Assembly (NCBI GenBank): GCA_013265495.1
Contig: MU058669.1
Coordinates: 416,056-480,055, forward strand
Direction of reading: 5' to 3'
DNA length: 64,000 bases
Source of the DNA: Vicugna vicugna
Lineage: Eukaryota
The position numbers were made by a program, and so were the translations under genes. The notes beneath the pieces are model-generated. The model had not been told where the DNA came from, ran no database searches, and was given only the letters and a program-made list of their open reading frames with translations. Below, one piece after another: positions 23,317-36,217 of this stretch (position 1 is the first letter of the stretch; each line of letters starts with the position of its first letter).

Positions 23317-23782
23317 GTGATCCCTTCCAGACCCACCATGAGGAGTGGACTGGAGTCTTACTCTTGCTCCTCCCCGCCCCAGGGAGCTGCCATAGCATAC
23401 ATCAGTGGGCTTCCTTACTGTCTCTCTTCCTGTTGGGGTGAGCCGTTGGGGGAGCCAGGGCAGGATACCAAAGAGAGGGAAAAGAGCTGTAGAGGGTGTT
23501 TCTTGTCCTAGCTTCTTTAGTGGGAGGATGCCACAGGCTGCGTGTATCTACCACTAAAGGCCACAGATTCTGCCGGGCAGGCCCCCACTCTGGATTCTGA
23601 GAACTGCCCTCCCCTCGTCCTTCAGGCCTAGGTTTGGACAGCACATCACTGTTTCTAGGCCCAGGATACTGCACTGTCCCTTGTTGTTACCCTATACCCT
23701 GTCCAACTGTCCTCTTAGGAAACTTGCCTCACAGTTCCCAGCGTGGGAGAACTATGCATTTTTTGAGGCCCTGACTGAATCA
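23317..23782 (-). mobile_element. ERVL LTR (LTR16-like)
   Basis: GAGAACTGCCCTC...CCTTCAGGCCTAGG...CTAGGCCCAGGATACTGCACTGTCCCTTGTTG...CCCTGACTGAATCA. Confidence 0.55.
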
Positions 23783-25217
23783 AGTGGGGAAGCTTCCTGA
23801 GAACCTGAGAACAGCACCAACAGACAGGAAGTGAAGCTGAGAGATCACCCAGTTACCAAGCCAACCTCTGATGTCATCCTGGCCTCCACTCCAACTCACC
23901 TCCCACATTCAAACAATTACCTAATAATGCTGGTTTTATTGCCTAATAAATTTTAAATGTATCCTTTCCCCTCTAGGCCTACAATATGAGACATATTTCA
24001 GGTGCCTGCAAGAAGAATCCCTGATCAGAGCCCTGTTGCCTCACATGGCCAGATCCTCTATCTTGTGCATGGGCTGGCCTTTGGCCTATGATTTGCCTGA
24101 CCTGGATCAAAAGGATGAACAGAGACACTTAGCCTCTGTCTCACAAATTGGAATCAAGTGGCACAGAGGGAAGAGGGCAGTTGGTTGTGGTCCCTGAAAG
24201 TGGAAGTGGCATCAGGGTGGAGAATACTCTTGGGGCACACACAAGACAATATGGGAAAGCAGAAACCGTCAATAACACAGGAAGTGATTAAAAAAAAAAA
24301 AGACAATAGGGCAGAGGTGCAAGGAGCAGAGATGCTGAGAGAGACAATTATGAAAGGTAACTGCCTTGGCTCCTGGTTTTCTAGGTCAAGTCCAGGTTTC
24401 TGGGATGCTTGCTTGAATCCCTGACCTAGGGCTTCTGTGAGGTTCCCTGCTGTATACCCTTTCCTTGAAGTTGCGAGTGAGTCTCTGTCCGTTATGATCA
24501 AAGGAGCCTTGGCCCTGATACCCTAATCTCCAAGTCCAAGTTAAAGCCTTTATCATCTTTCACTTGAATTGCGGCAGTAGTCTCCTAACTCCTTTGCCAC
24601 TTCAGTCCTTCATCTCTTAAGATCCATCCTCCCCACCATAGTGACTATTCTGGTACACAGACTTGCCACGTTGCTTCCTGCTGGTGGTCTCCCAATTGTC
24701 TTCACAATAAAGTTGAAGTTGCTGCCTTGCACTCTGTGCAAAACTGCTAGTCGTTCCTTACCTTAATCCTGTCATCTCTCACCCCATGTCCTTGCTGGTG
24801 CTGTGCCCTCCTGCAGGGCTGCCCTTCACATCCTTCTGTGTGGATGAATTCTTACCCAGCTTAGATCTCCTCCCTCACCGCCTCACTAACTCCTTCCTTT
24901 TCCCACCCAGTGGCACAAAGAGCCCATGCTACTTGGGTAGTCTTCCCCATACGTAGTTACTTGTGTAATTTCCTTCCTTAGCATTTACATATTAATAAAG
25001 GTGATGGGGACGCTGTTCGCTGACACCGATGGAGCTCTCACTACATACCAAACTCTAAGTTAGCACTTTACAAACATTGTCTCCTTTAATCCTCACCAAA
25101 ACCCTCGGGAGTAGGTTCAATTATTATTCTTATTTTCCAGAAGAGCACACTGAATCAGAGAGGTCAACTGACTTGTCCAAGTAGGAAGGGGTAGATTCAG
25201 GTCTACTGTTTATTTCT

Positions 25218-25400
25218 CTTCTTTTTCATAGCAGCTTTACTGAGATATAATTCATGTGCCATTCAATCCATACATTCACTTCAAATGTACAATTCAAATG
25301 GATTTTAGTGTATTCCTAGAGTTGTGTGTAACAACCACCACAATCAGTTTTCGAACATTTTCATCACCCCAAAAAGAAACTCATACTGATTAACTACTCA
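25218..25400 (-). mobile_element. L1MB-like 3' fragment
   Basis: CAGCTTTACTGAGATATAATTCA...GTACAATTCA...ACCACCACAATCAGTTTTCGAACATTTTCATCACCCCAAAAAGAAAC. Confidence 0.85.
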
Positions 25401-26287
25401 TTTTTCTTGCTGCTACTCTCGGCAGCTGGCATGGTGCCCAGCACGGAGTATCTATTCAGCCAGCGCTTGTTGAAGAATGGATGGCTGCCCTACGTAAGAG
25501 GACAGTGGAAGGTGCAGAGAGACCTTCTTTGTGCAAAGCCCTTTGCATCTCAGCATCAATCAAGGGATTTGCCCAATTCTTCAGTTTATTTATTTTATGC
25601 TATTTCTCTCTAGTAATAACCACCACTTACGATCTTTTATGTGCCAAACCATACACTGAGTGATTTGCCTATGTTATCTGATTAATACTCATGACAACAC
25701 CTGGGAATAGGTATTGTTGCATCCATAATACAGATAAGAAAATCAAGGCTTGGGGATTTTGTTAATCTGCCCAAAGTCATACAACTTGCAATCACCAGCA
25801 TCCTAACATTATGTAGACTACTACCACCTGTAATTAAACACAACCATGACTAGGCTCTATCCTAAGTTCTTTATGTCCATCACCCATTGATTCATTTAGT
25901 CATTCATTCAATAGATATATATTGAGACCCTACTACCTACCAGGCACTATGCTAGAGATTCAGTGGTGGGCAAACAGATCAGTTGTGGTCTCACAGGGTC
26001 ACGGTCTAGTGGCAGAAAAGATGTTATAAGAAAATGAACAATTGTATTTGGTGGGAGGAAGGAGAAAGGTCCTCATGGCTGTTGGGGGGCAGAACTGATA
26101 CTAGAATTTAATACTGTTGGAATCCAGTCCAACAGTCTTTCTGCAAAGTTACACTAGCATGACTTCCCTAGGCCATTCTAATGGGATGCTGGTTTTGCTA
26201 ACGGCCCTCTGGGCAGTGCTTGTCCCTGTAGGAGGTGTGCAGTAAACAGGTCCCCACCACTTACTGTGGGCAGCCTGTATGCATGGG

Positions 26288-26307
26288 CACACACACACAC
26301 ACACACA
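26288..26307. repeat. (CA)10 microsatellite
   Basis: Perfect run. Confidence 0.9.
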
Positions 26308-26479
26308 GCCACCCAGATTCAAAGCTGCAGAGAGCTAGGAGAGAGCCAATACAGTGAGCTTTGCAAATGCCCTCTATTCTCAGCTAGGGAATCTGAGTTT
26401 AAAGAGCACTTTTGTATACTCTCTGCTGCACTCTGCTTTTATCACATAAACGATCCCGGAGATTTTGCCATATAAATAC

Positions 26480-26805
26480 AGGGAGGTTGTCCCATTCTTT
26501 TTTTTTCCAGTTGCAAAGTATCCCACAGTGTGTGAATAAATCAAGGTTCACCAGTCCCCAAATCTCAAAAGGAGATTTGAAATTGTTCTCAATTTTGGGC
26601 TATTAAAATAATGCCATAATGAATAACCTTGTGCATATCTTGTTCTGTAGCGTGGAGCTGAATCTTCAGGGGAAATCCCTAGAAGTAAGATTTGCTAGGT
26701 CAAAGGGTAAATGCATCTGTAGTTTTAGAAGATTCCCCACCATAGGGATCGAATCTTTTTGCACTCCCATCAGCAATGTATGAGAGGACCTGAATCTTCA
26801 CAGCC
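26480..26805 (-). mobile_element. L1ME-like fragment
   Basis: GCTATTAAAATAATGCC...CCTAGAAGT...GGTCAAAGGGTAAATGCAT...CACTCCCATCAGCAATGTATGAGAG. Confidence 0.75.
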
Positions 26806-27649
26806 TAGGTCTACATAGTATTTTTTAAAGCATGCATTTTATATAAAAACTTACACTCCCAACTTCTCTTAAAAATTGCGAAATTTGGAAACATTGGGCC
26901 TATCTTCCTACATGGTTGGAATGAGCTGGAGCTGAGCGGCCACGGATCCCTGATGTGGTCCAGCCGCTTCATTATGAAGATGAGGCCCACAGATTCTTAG
27001 AGGAAACTGGGGACTAGAACCCAGTCTCCTACCTCCCCATTCACTACACCATGTGGCCTCAGGAGTAAGTATGAGAGGGATGAGTAGTGGGGATGGGGGG
27101 AAGTGTATAATAGCACTGACAATTCAGTATTAAAATTGGAATTTTTTTTTTTTTTTAGTATTTAGTTAGCTCAGTAAATATATCACACCACCCTGTAGTT
27201 GATTAAACTGTGACTAGTCCACATAGAGCACAGTGACAAATTGGCTTCTATTTCTTCTGAGCAACCAAAAAAAGGGCTGATGTCGCAGCAGGATTCAGGT
27301 TATACACTCATTCATTCCCTCATTCATTAAATGCAAACTGTATGCCAGCCCTCGATCCAGACACTGGGGCTTCAAAGATGAACAAGCATTTAAACACAGG
27401 GATCTGAGCAGACAACTATGCTAAAACTTGATATCAATTGGTAAGTGTTTTATTGGAGGAATGTAAAGGCTGCCATGAGAGCCCAAAGAAGAGAGCTTAT
27501 TCTGCTCAGGGGCCCATGGGAGAGGTCACAAGGAAGGTGATGTTTGGGTAGATTCTGAAAGACATGTAGGAGTTTGCTAAGAAAAGGCAGGAACATGAGA
27601 AAGATTTCTTGCATGTTCAAGGACAAGATTCCTCCCCAGAAAGTAGCAT

Positions 27650-28200
27650 AAAACCAGTTCAAAAAAGATTTGGGCAATAAACAAATAAGTAGAGAAAGAG
27701 AAAAAGAATGAAAGAAATGTCCTTCCTTATTTAATTGAGACATGAAGGGGAGTTTGCCTTCAGGCACAGAAAGATCCAGGTGATCAAAGGATGTCATCAC
27801 ACCTCAGAAACTTTCTTAACTCTGCTTCTTCCTTCTATGTTCTTTGCCCTTGGGCAGCTTACTCTCTCCAGGTGACAGGGTGCCTGCTGGTAACTCCAGG
27901 TTTACATTATCCTGACAGCTAGCAATGCCAGGGGAATCTAAATTCTCCTTTCCAACAGCTTCACTAAAAATCCTAAGACTGAGTTTTATGGACAAAGTCT
28001 GGGTTGCTCACTTACCCTGGCCCCAAAGGAAACCCAGAGGAAGGACAGACAGATGCTGGCTGGGCAAGACCACCAGATCTCGAAGCGATGATGGATTGGG
28101 GTGCATCTGTCTCTCAAGAGGTGGAGAAGTCTCTAGATCGTGGAATTGGACACATATCCCTGTCTCCGAGATGGGAAGACAAGAGCTCAAGCTTCCTAGG
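27650..28200 (-). mobile_element. Old MaLR LTR (MLT1J-like)
   Basis: CTTCAGGCACAG...GATCCAGG...AAGGATGTCATCA...CTCCAGGTTTACAT...GATGCTGGCTGGGCA. Confidence 0.55.
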
Positions 28201-28607
28201 CTGCAAAGATTGAGGACGAAGGAGCAGGAACTGGAATTCCAGTCTCTTAGGTCAAATGACTTCTTCATTTTATTGAGGAGGGAATTAAGGCCCAGAAAAG
28301 GGAAATGTCTTGTCCATAGTCCTACAATGAAGTGGTGGCAGAGTCCAGGAGAAGCCCTGGGGCCCCAGATCCCAGGACCCTCATAGATTGAGCAATTGCA
28401 TATCCAAGCAGGCAAAAAGAGCTTGGAGAGGAATGTGGACATTTCTAGGAACCCCTGGGACCACTCACTTTGCAGTAGATGCCACAGCCTGCAGGCCCAG
28501 GTGACACTGTCTACCCCAGACATGTACCTTGTTATTTGGCCCCAGGCCTCATAATGTCATTGCAACAGGCTCCTGGGCCCCCTGTGGGCCAAATGACTCA
28601 AGGACAC

Positions 28608-29025
28608 TGTTAAAGGCTGAATTGCATGGTCCCCAAATTCATATGTTGAAGCCCTAAACTTCCCCTCCACCCCTAGTAGTTCAGAATCTGACTGTATTTG
28701 GATATAAGGCCTTTAAAGAGGTAATTCAGTTAAAAGGAGGCCCTTAGGGTGGGCCCTAATCCAATGGGACTGGTGTCCTTCTAAGAAGAGAAAATTTGGA
28801 CACCCAGAGAGACACCAGGGCGAGGTGCACAGAAGAAAATCCATGTGAGGACAGAAGGAGAAAGTGGCCATCTGCAAGCCAAGGAAAGAGGCCTCAGAAG
28901 AAACCAAATCTACCGAGACCTTGAACTTGGACTTCTAGCCTCCAGAACTATGAGAAAAGAACCTTCTGTGTTTACATTACCCACTCTGTGGTACTTTGTT
29001 ATGGCAGCCCCAGGAAACTAACACA
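28608..29025 (+). mobile_element. MaLR solo LTR (MLT1A-like) with 5-bp TSD GACAC
   Basis: TGTT...CCCCAAATTCATATGTTGAAGCCCTAA...GCCTCCAGAACT...TTTGTTATGGCAGCCC...AACTAACACA, with GACAC at 28603-28607 and 29026-29030. Confidence 0.92.
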
Positions 29026-29419
29026 GACACCAAGCGCTACTGAGGGCAGTTAAAAGCAGATGACAACTGAAACAAACAGAAAGCAGGAGAAAAAGAAGGG
29101 GTGGGGTTGGGGGGAACTGAGGATGAAAATGGGGCAGGGAAGGGGGAGGAGTCTGAACATGGAGGGAGCAGAGATGCTCAAGCCAGAAAAGTTCAGTCAG
29201 CATCCAGTTTTCTACAGTAATCAGCCAGGTTGTATAACTATTTAAGAATTTCATTTTCAGCAATGAGATATTTTGTGCATACGGTCACAGAATTAAACAG
29301 TTCAGAGAACTTATAATAAACAGCAACTGACCCTCCCCATAACTGTCCCTCCCCTAACCATGTCCTATTCCCCAGAGACCAACTTCTTTTAAACTGTTTC
29401 TGCTTTTATCCCTGGCTAA

Positions 29420-29660
29420 CCTTCACTGAGTGCTTGTCATGGGCCAAGCCCTGTGCTAAACCTTTTACGCACATTGTTTCCATGAGTGCTCACCACAACC
29501 CCAAGGGGTAGGTATCATCCTTATGCCCATTTTACAGATGGGAAAACTAAGGTGTAGCAAAGTGAAGTGATCTGCTTAAGGTCACACAGTTGGTAAGCAA
29601 CAGAAATGGAATTTCGTCTCAGGATGTTGGGCTCCAGACACCTGAGTGCTCTTAATCATC
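29420..29660 (-). mobile_element. MIR SINE
   Basis: CCCATTTTACAGATGGGAAAACTAAGG...TGAAGTGATCTGCTTAAGGTCACACAG. Confidence 0.85.
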
Positions 29661-30539
29661 CACCTCTGGTGGTTCCTGTCAAAGCTTTATTACCTGTGCT
29701 CCTTGATATATCAACTCTAGACAGTATCTATTGACTTTTTAGTATGATTGACGAGGTTTAGCTCACTTAACCCTTCTGTCTTCTGCCTATAAATCTCAGA
29801 TAGATACACTACAATATCTAGTTCTGTTATGGGTACCTTAGGGGTTTTAAATAATACTCATTAGCCTCAATCCCTAGTTTCTCCTCTACAAACATTTGTT
29901 GATGGGTTGTGTGGGGTCACCTGTGAGTTGGGTGAGGGAAAGGCCATCCCCAATTTTCTTCTTACCCATTCCCATCCACCGTAGCCCCCAGCAGGTGCTT
30001 GATAAGTATCTGTGCAACAGAATCAATGCAGAGAAACTTAGCACCAAAGGTGGGGGATGACCAGGAAGTCTCAGCCAGGGGGAGGGCATGATAATTGCGG
30101 CCTGCAATGTCAACCTGACTTCTTGGGAGACACAGCCTCCCGCTGAGGAGGGAACAAGGAGCTATAAAATGGAAACTGCAGGAGAATCATTTCAGAGCAG
30201 CTGTCAGAAAGCACTTCCCCGAGTGGAGACAGCAATGATCTCGTTGCAATGTTGTCTCACACCTGGGCCTGTCCTGCTGATTTGCAGGGAGGCCACCAAG
30301 GCACGCCACACAGGCCTCTGGCCATCTGCCCCTTGTGGGAAACACGGGGTTTTCTGCAAGCCCCAGTTCCACAGTGGGCTTTCTGAAAAGGACGTCAGGG
30401 GCTACATCCTAAGAAGGTGTCTTCCATAGACTGGAGAATCTGGACCTGCGTACCTGTGAAGAGCCCCACAGGTGAGCATAAAGGCTACCTGCTGTAGGGT
30501 CCTTGATCTGTCCTTCTGCCTGTAGCACCCTCTTCCCTT

Positions 30540-30850
30540 TTAGCCTAGCTGATTCTTACTTATCTTTTGCACTTTGGGACAGGGGACACCACCTTAGGGA
30601 AGACTTCCAAACCCCCCAAGCTGGGTCACATTCCCCTATTACATATGCTGTAAGTATTTTCTCATCATAGCACTTAGCACAGTTACAATGCTGCATTCAC
30701 TAGACTCATTACTTGTGTAAAGTCGGCCTCACCCACTAGATGGGGACCATCTCTGCTCACTACTGTTTCCCCAGTACGTACATAGCACAGCACCCAGCAT
30801 ATGGTAGGTACTCAGCAAGCATTTCTTAATTGAATGGAAGAGTGAATGAA
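30540..30850 (+). mobile_element. L2 3' end
   Basis: TCATAGCACTTAGCAC...CCCACTAGA...AGCACAGCACCCAGCATATGGTAGGTACTCA...TTGAATG. Confidence 0.75.
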
Positions 30851-31537
30851 CAAGTCTTCATTCAACCCCTTAAATCAAATGGTTCATTTATGGGAGGTTT
30901 AGCCTGCTCAACCCAGCATCTCTTTTGCACCTGGAAAGAAGAGGATGAAACTTTCAGACCCTGAGTGCCCCAGTCCAGTCTCGTGATTTGCCTTCTGAAA
31001 ATGCAGTGACTCTCCAGTGACTCACGCTGACTCCTGGGGGACAGCTACCCCCCCTTCCTCTCCATTGCTCCAGCCCTCCCCTGTCATTCTGTCACCAAGC
31101 CGGGTCTCTTCACTTTCTACCTCAGTGATTCTCAGCCCTGGCGGTGGCTGACTGAACGGGGAACCTCATTAATCATACAGAGGCTTGAGTTTCTGATTCA
31201 GGGACAGCAGTCTCCTCACTGGTCTCTTGGGGCTCCAGGCTTGGGGTCCCCAATCCATCCACCACGAAGCAGCCTGCCACAGAGATCTTTCTAGAATGAA
31301 AGCCTAATCATGTGACTCTTCTGCCTCAAACTTCCCATTGCCTCCTACTGCCATCAGGACAAGCCCCGACTCTCAGAGATTCTCCCAAGACCCTGCTGAC
31401 TTTCCCAGACTCACCTCCTTCTTGGTCCTTGCCACCTCACACTCTGCTCTGACATGGGGGCCATCCCAAGGGCCTGAACAGGCTGGGACATGTTCTTCCC
31501 TTCCCCCAAGTCTCTGCACAACCTCTGTCCTGCCCAG

Positions 31538-31947
31538 TGGTAGAGAAAAATCTATTCTGACACTTGTTAAACTGCTAACGAAGACTATACCCAGGACTGT
31601 TGCAATAGAGCTCAACTCAAGACACAACAGTCGGCTGGGAATTTATAGACAATGAGCAGAGTGAAGGAGTCAACAGATGGAAAATTACTAAGAGGAGGCA
31701 TCAAGGGTAGGGAGATTCTTGCTACACTGGCTCAACAGTATTCTCACTAAGTCAGGCCAAGGGCTGTGACATCAAGGATGAGGGATGAGAAATTCGACAA
31801 GATCCCAAGGGTGAGGGGATGACTTAGCAGGATTCTTTACTAAGACTGGGCTTGGTAGACCAGAGACAGGATCAAAGTCACAGCCTAGTGGAGAAGAGGG
31901 CTCAGAGGAGCCTGACAAAAGTTTGGACAAGGAGAGAGCCTTCGTCA
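31538..31947 (-). mobile_element. ERV1 solo LTR (MER31-like) with 4-bp TSD CCAG
   Basis: Ends GAGAAGAGGGCTCAGAGGAGCCTGAC...GTTTGGACAAGGAGAGAGCCTTCGTCA (antisense MER31 5' end), with CCAG at 31534-31537 and 31948-31951. Confidence 0.88.
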
Positions 31948-32301
31948 CCAGCAACACTTTACTGTGTTCGGCTCTGCATCATACAACGCCTGCTTCTCCA
32001 AGCTTCTGTTGGGGCAGAGCTGCCTCTAGGAAGGCTTAGCTGATGCCTCTCCACCACACAGCGCCCTCTGCCTGTCCTGTATCAGCATTTAGAGTATCCT
32101 CATGCGGTGATCTGCTTACTTGCCTGCTCCTGAGTTAGACTGTGAGCAACTTGAAGGCAGAGACTACATTTTGAATCCCCAGTGCCTAACATGGTGCTTG
32201 ACTCTCAACAAATATTTGCTGAATGAATGCACACTGTTGAACACAACTCTCACGGATCACCGCTCTGCTCTGAAACAATCAATGACTCGGTTTCACCTGC
32301 A

Positions 32302-32480
32302 TCAGTGGTTCTCAGCCTTCAGTGAGCCTCAGACTCATCAGGAAAGCTTGTTAAGCACAGAGTGCTAGGTCCCCCTCCAGAGTTTCCAGTTCAGGACCGG
32401 GGCCTGGGAATCTGCATGTCTAACAACAGGTCAGGTCTGAACCTGCTGCTGCTGGTTCAGATGGCACTTTGATAATCACT
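32302..32480. mobile_element. MER5A hAT-Charlie MITE
   Basis: CAGTGGTTCTCA...GGGGCCTGGGAATCTGCAT...CACTTTGATAATCACTG. Confidence 0.85.
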
Positions 32481-33989
32481 GACCTATACAGTTGCAGCTG
32501 ATATCACCCCTGAGTGGGATGAATCAGACTATTTTTAAAATCCAAAGATAATAAGATTTAATAAGGAAACTTCAGGTGAAGTGTGAAGCAGATATGACCT
32601 CATGATCTAGGTGACCTTCCCTGCCTAAAGTAAAAGATTCTCTCCCTCTCTCTCTCTCTTGTTTGTGGGCTGGAGCAGTAGCTCAAGACTTCACTTCCTT
32701 GCCCCATGCTTCATTTGTGGTGGGAGGAGCTGCCTCCCAGCCCCCTCTGCCAGGCCTGGTGCCAGGCTGAGAGCAGGGACCGCGATGCCCAGGCGGCTGA
32801 CTGGCATACTAATGCAGCGTACCTCTCCCATGTCAGCCCCCATGATCAGCTATGGTACAAATGGATTCAGTGGGCAGAGACAGCCAGAGAGGGGCCATGA
32901 CCAGAGCAGGCTGCCCAGAATGACTCTACCCAGCCCAAGGGGCCGAGGTGCAGCTGTTTGCAGGGCACATGGACAGAGCTGGGAAGTGAGGGCTATGGTG
33001 TTTACATGTATGTGAGGCCTCTAGGGTGTGGGGCAGAGTCAAGTGTGGAAGGAGAAGGGGGCCATGCAAGGAGCCAGGGCTGGGGGCTAGCTCTCCCCAC
33101 ATTGCCAAGTTCCAGGGAAGAGCTCCTCCAAATGCTAAATCTGAACTTGGCCTTTTAGGCCACGATGAAAGAATATTTGTCAAGATAGGAAGATAGAACT
33201 TTTCTTTTTAACAGTTATCTTTATTTCTAACTTCTAACTATTCAGACATGTGCTATGTGGGCCTCCACTTATACCCTTGCTCACACCCAGCAAGCGTTTG
33301 TGGTGGGCCTGACTACAGGAGTGACCAGGTGAGGTGAACAGCCTATAGAGGCAAGACTGCTCCCTGAGGGTCTGTGAGGTTCCCCGGGGCCAGAATCATC
33401 ACCTGGAAGCCCCCCCACCACGTAGCCCTGCCTTCCCAGGGACTGGCCTGTACTCCTCAAAAGCACCTGGAGAGATGTCTCTCCTACGAGGTGAGGGTGA
33501 AAACAGGTTCCATAGTCAAATGACAGCAACTTTGCTCCCTGAGATCAAGGAAGAGGCTTGGACCCGGGAGGTTTAGATCTGGAGTTCCCATCAAGTTGTC
33601 AGACCATGGTCAGGGGTGCAAAGTCAGACAAACCTCGGTGCTGCCACTTCCCAGATGTATTTCTTTGGCATGTCAACAATCTCACTTTCCTCGCTTGTTA
33701 AATGGAGGTAATTGTAGTGCCTGCACATAGAGGGATTATGCCAAAGCCTCTAGTACAGGCGGGTACTTAGGAAGTGTTAGCTAGCTGTTATTTGTGATTT
33801 CCTGGGTGGGTTCATCCCTATTTGATGTGGCTTCCTCCCCAATCAGCCCTACACTTGGCAGAGTTTGACAGGTTGGAGAAGTTTGTCCTCCGAGTTCCTG
33901 GCTTTCCCTTTGGACATTCTCTGCATGTGGGCACCCTTCCAATTCATTTCAGGGGCCCGCAACTCTCACAGATCAGGCTTTCTTATCAA

Positions 33990-34116
33990 TGCATATTCCT
34001 AGGTCCCTGGCTTGGAGATTCTGACTCACCAGGTCAGGGCTGGGCCCAGGAATCTGCATTTTAATGAGCTCCCTAGATGATTTTTGACCCAAGAGGTGAC
34101 TCTTGGAAAAACACTG
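33990..34116. mobile_element. MER5-like fragment
   Basis: GAGATTCTGACTCA...GGCCCAGGAATCTGCATTTTAA...CCCTAGATGATT. Confidence 0.75.
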
Positions 34117-35741
34117 TAGCTGGGAAAGTGGACTGAAAGGCTGAACCAGGAGCAGCTGCTGGAAGGCAGATTCCCATTCAATCTGAAGCACTTTTCTAAG
34201 TGTCAGAGCTGCCCAAGAATGGAATAAGCTGCCCTAAGAAGTAGTGAGCCCCCTGGCAAGGAAGGTGTGCAAGAAAATGCCAGATAAAATACCTGACAGA
34301 GATGGGCAGGGGCTGACACCTTAGCTCAGGAGTTGGAGTTAATCTGAGATTCTATCTTCTTTAACAATCTTGTTTTTGGTCTCAGGAAATGCTCCGTCGG
34401 TTCTTCACACTGTGTCACCATGCTCTCCTTCCCAGGGCTATCTGGGGTCGAGTCTTATGCTTCAGTATGGAAGAAATGTGTTTGTGTCCTAGGACAAGAC
34501 ACTGGGGAGGAAGATCATTCCGGGCTGTCCCACTCAACTGCGCCAACAGAGGGAACCCTCATCTCGACCCCTGAGAAGGAGGAGCCCTGTCTCCCGCCTC
34601 TTGTACCCCCTGACCTCCCATCTCCCCTCCTTCTCCATCCTCACACATGATTTAGAAAAGGAACTGAAAGCCAAGGAAGATGTGGAGTCAGCTTGAGACT
34701 GTGCTCCAGAGACGACTTGGAGCCACCGTGCCCTGCAGTAACTGTGCCTAACGCCGCGTGTAATCACTGCCATGTGTCTCTGTCAAGAACGCGTGTGCGC
34801 TTCAGTGCGGCCCCTGGAAACTCCATCAGGACCCTCTGAGCCAAAAACAAATGGACAAGTTAGGACAGTGATAAATTCTGCTGTCCTTCTGTTGTCAGAC
34901 ACCCCCTGCAGCAAACCATTTTGGCAGGAGGCAAGGGCAGAGGGCCACCAGGCGGTCAAGTACTAGGCGGCTGGGGGTGTGGTTGCTCCCCAAGTACATT
35001 CTCTCAAAGTGGGGCCTGGCTATCCTTTGTTTGAGCAGATGGGCTGACATGCCAGTGGTTAAGAAACTGAGAGTGGTTGGGAGAGTAGGAGAGCCATAGG
35101 TTTCTTTATCTGCTCATCTGGCCACCAATTCACACCCCAAGTTTGTCTGGCCCTGGGTTTGCTCCCCATATGTCTGAACCTGGCTAAGTGTCTTCTCACC
35201 TGTGTTCTAGAAGCCAGAAAGTGTCCTCCCATTTGAGCTCTGCTGGTATCCTTGGAGACACGATACCCTTGAGCCAAAAGTGAGAATTTCCTTCTGGGAC
35301 AGGACCCCCTACCCCCATTCAAGGGCACTGAATTGGTCTCTTCAGGCCCTGCCATCTTTATACCTTGAAAAATAGTTCTAGGAATGGTGGCCACATATTG
35401 GGCACCTATTACGTGCCACACACAGTGTGGAGACTGCCACATGCATAACCTTGACTGTTCCTAAATGTAAAACTATTAGCTCCATGTTGCAGATAACAAA
35501 AGGCACGGGACAGTGATGTGACTTGCCCAGGCCTGTGTGACTTTAAAATCCACAACTGTCTGGGTTGGCAGAGAGAATAACAGTGAATAAGCCTGAGGAC
35601 CCTGGATCAGACCCCCACCCTGGGTATGAATCAAGGCTCTGGCTCCTACTAGCTATCAGGATGTTTACTTTCACCTCTCTAGGACTTCATTTCTTTCTCT
35701 GTAAAATGGGGATATAATAATAATGCCTAATTATTTGTATT

Positions 35742-36217
35742 TATGGTGGGCAGAATAATGGTGGTGCCCCAAAGGTGTCCACGTCATAATCCCTAGAACC
35801 TCTGACTATGTTGTTTTACGTGACAAAAGGGATTTTGCAGATGTGATTAAGGATCCTGACATGGGGGGACTATCCTGGATTATCTAGATGGGTTCTAAAT
35901 AATGACAAGGGTTCTTCCAGGTGGAAGGCAGGGGTGTCAGTGTCAGAGAGAGAGAGAGATTTGAAGATGCTGTGCTGGTGGCTCTGACAATGGAGGAAGG
36001 TGCCATGAGCCAAGGAATGCAGGAAGCCGTTAGAAGCTAGAAAAGACAAGGAAACAGATTCTCTTCTAGAGCCTCCAGAAGGAATACAGCCCTGCTAACA
36101 CTTTGGTTTTAGCCCAGTAAAACCCATCTCAGAGTTCTGATATTCAGAACTGTATTATGTGTTTTAAACCACCAAGTCTGTGGCAGTGTGTTACTGCAGC
36201 AACAGGAAACTAATAAA
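35742..36217 (+). mobile_element. MaLR solo LTR (MLT1D-like)
   Basis: GGCAGAATAATGG...CCCCAAAGGTGTCCACGTC...GATTTTGCAGATGTGATTAAGGA...GAGCCTCCAGAAGGAA...GCAGCAACAGGAAACTAATA. Confidence 0.9.

Noticed and set aside
32700..33540. Possible processed pseudogene or unannotated exons
   Set aside because: No recognisable protein similarity, poly(A) or TSD. It may be a very old LTR-like repeat (as may 58000-58560), but I cannot assign it.
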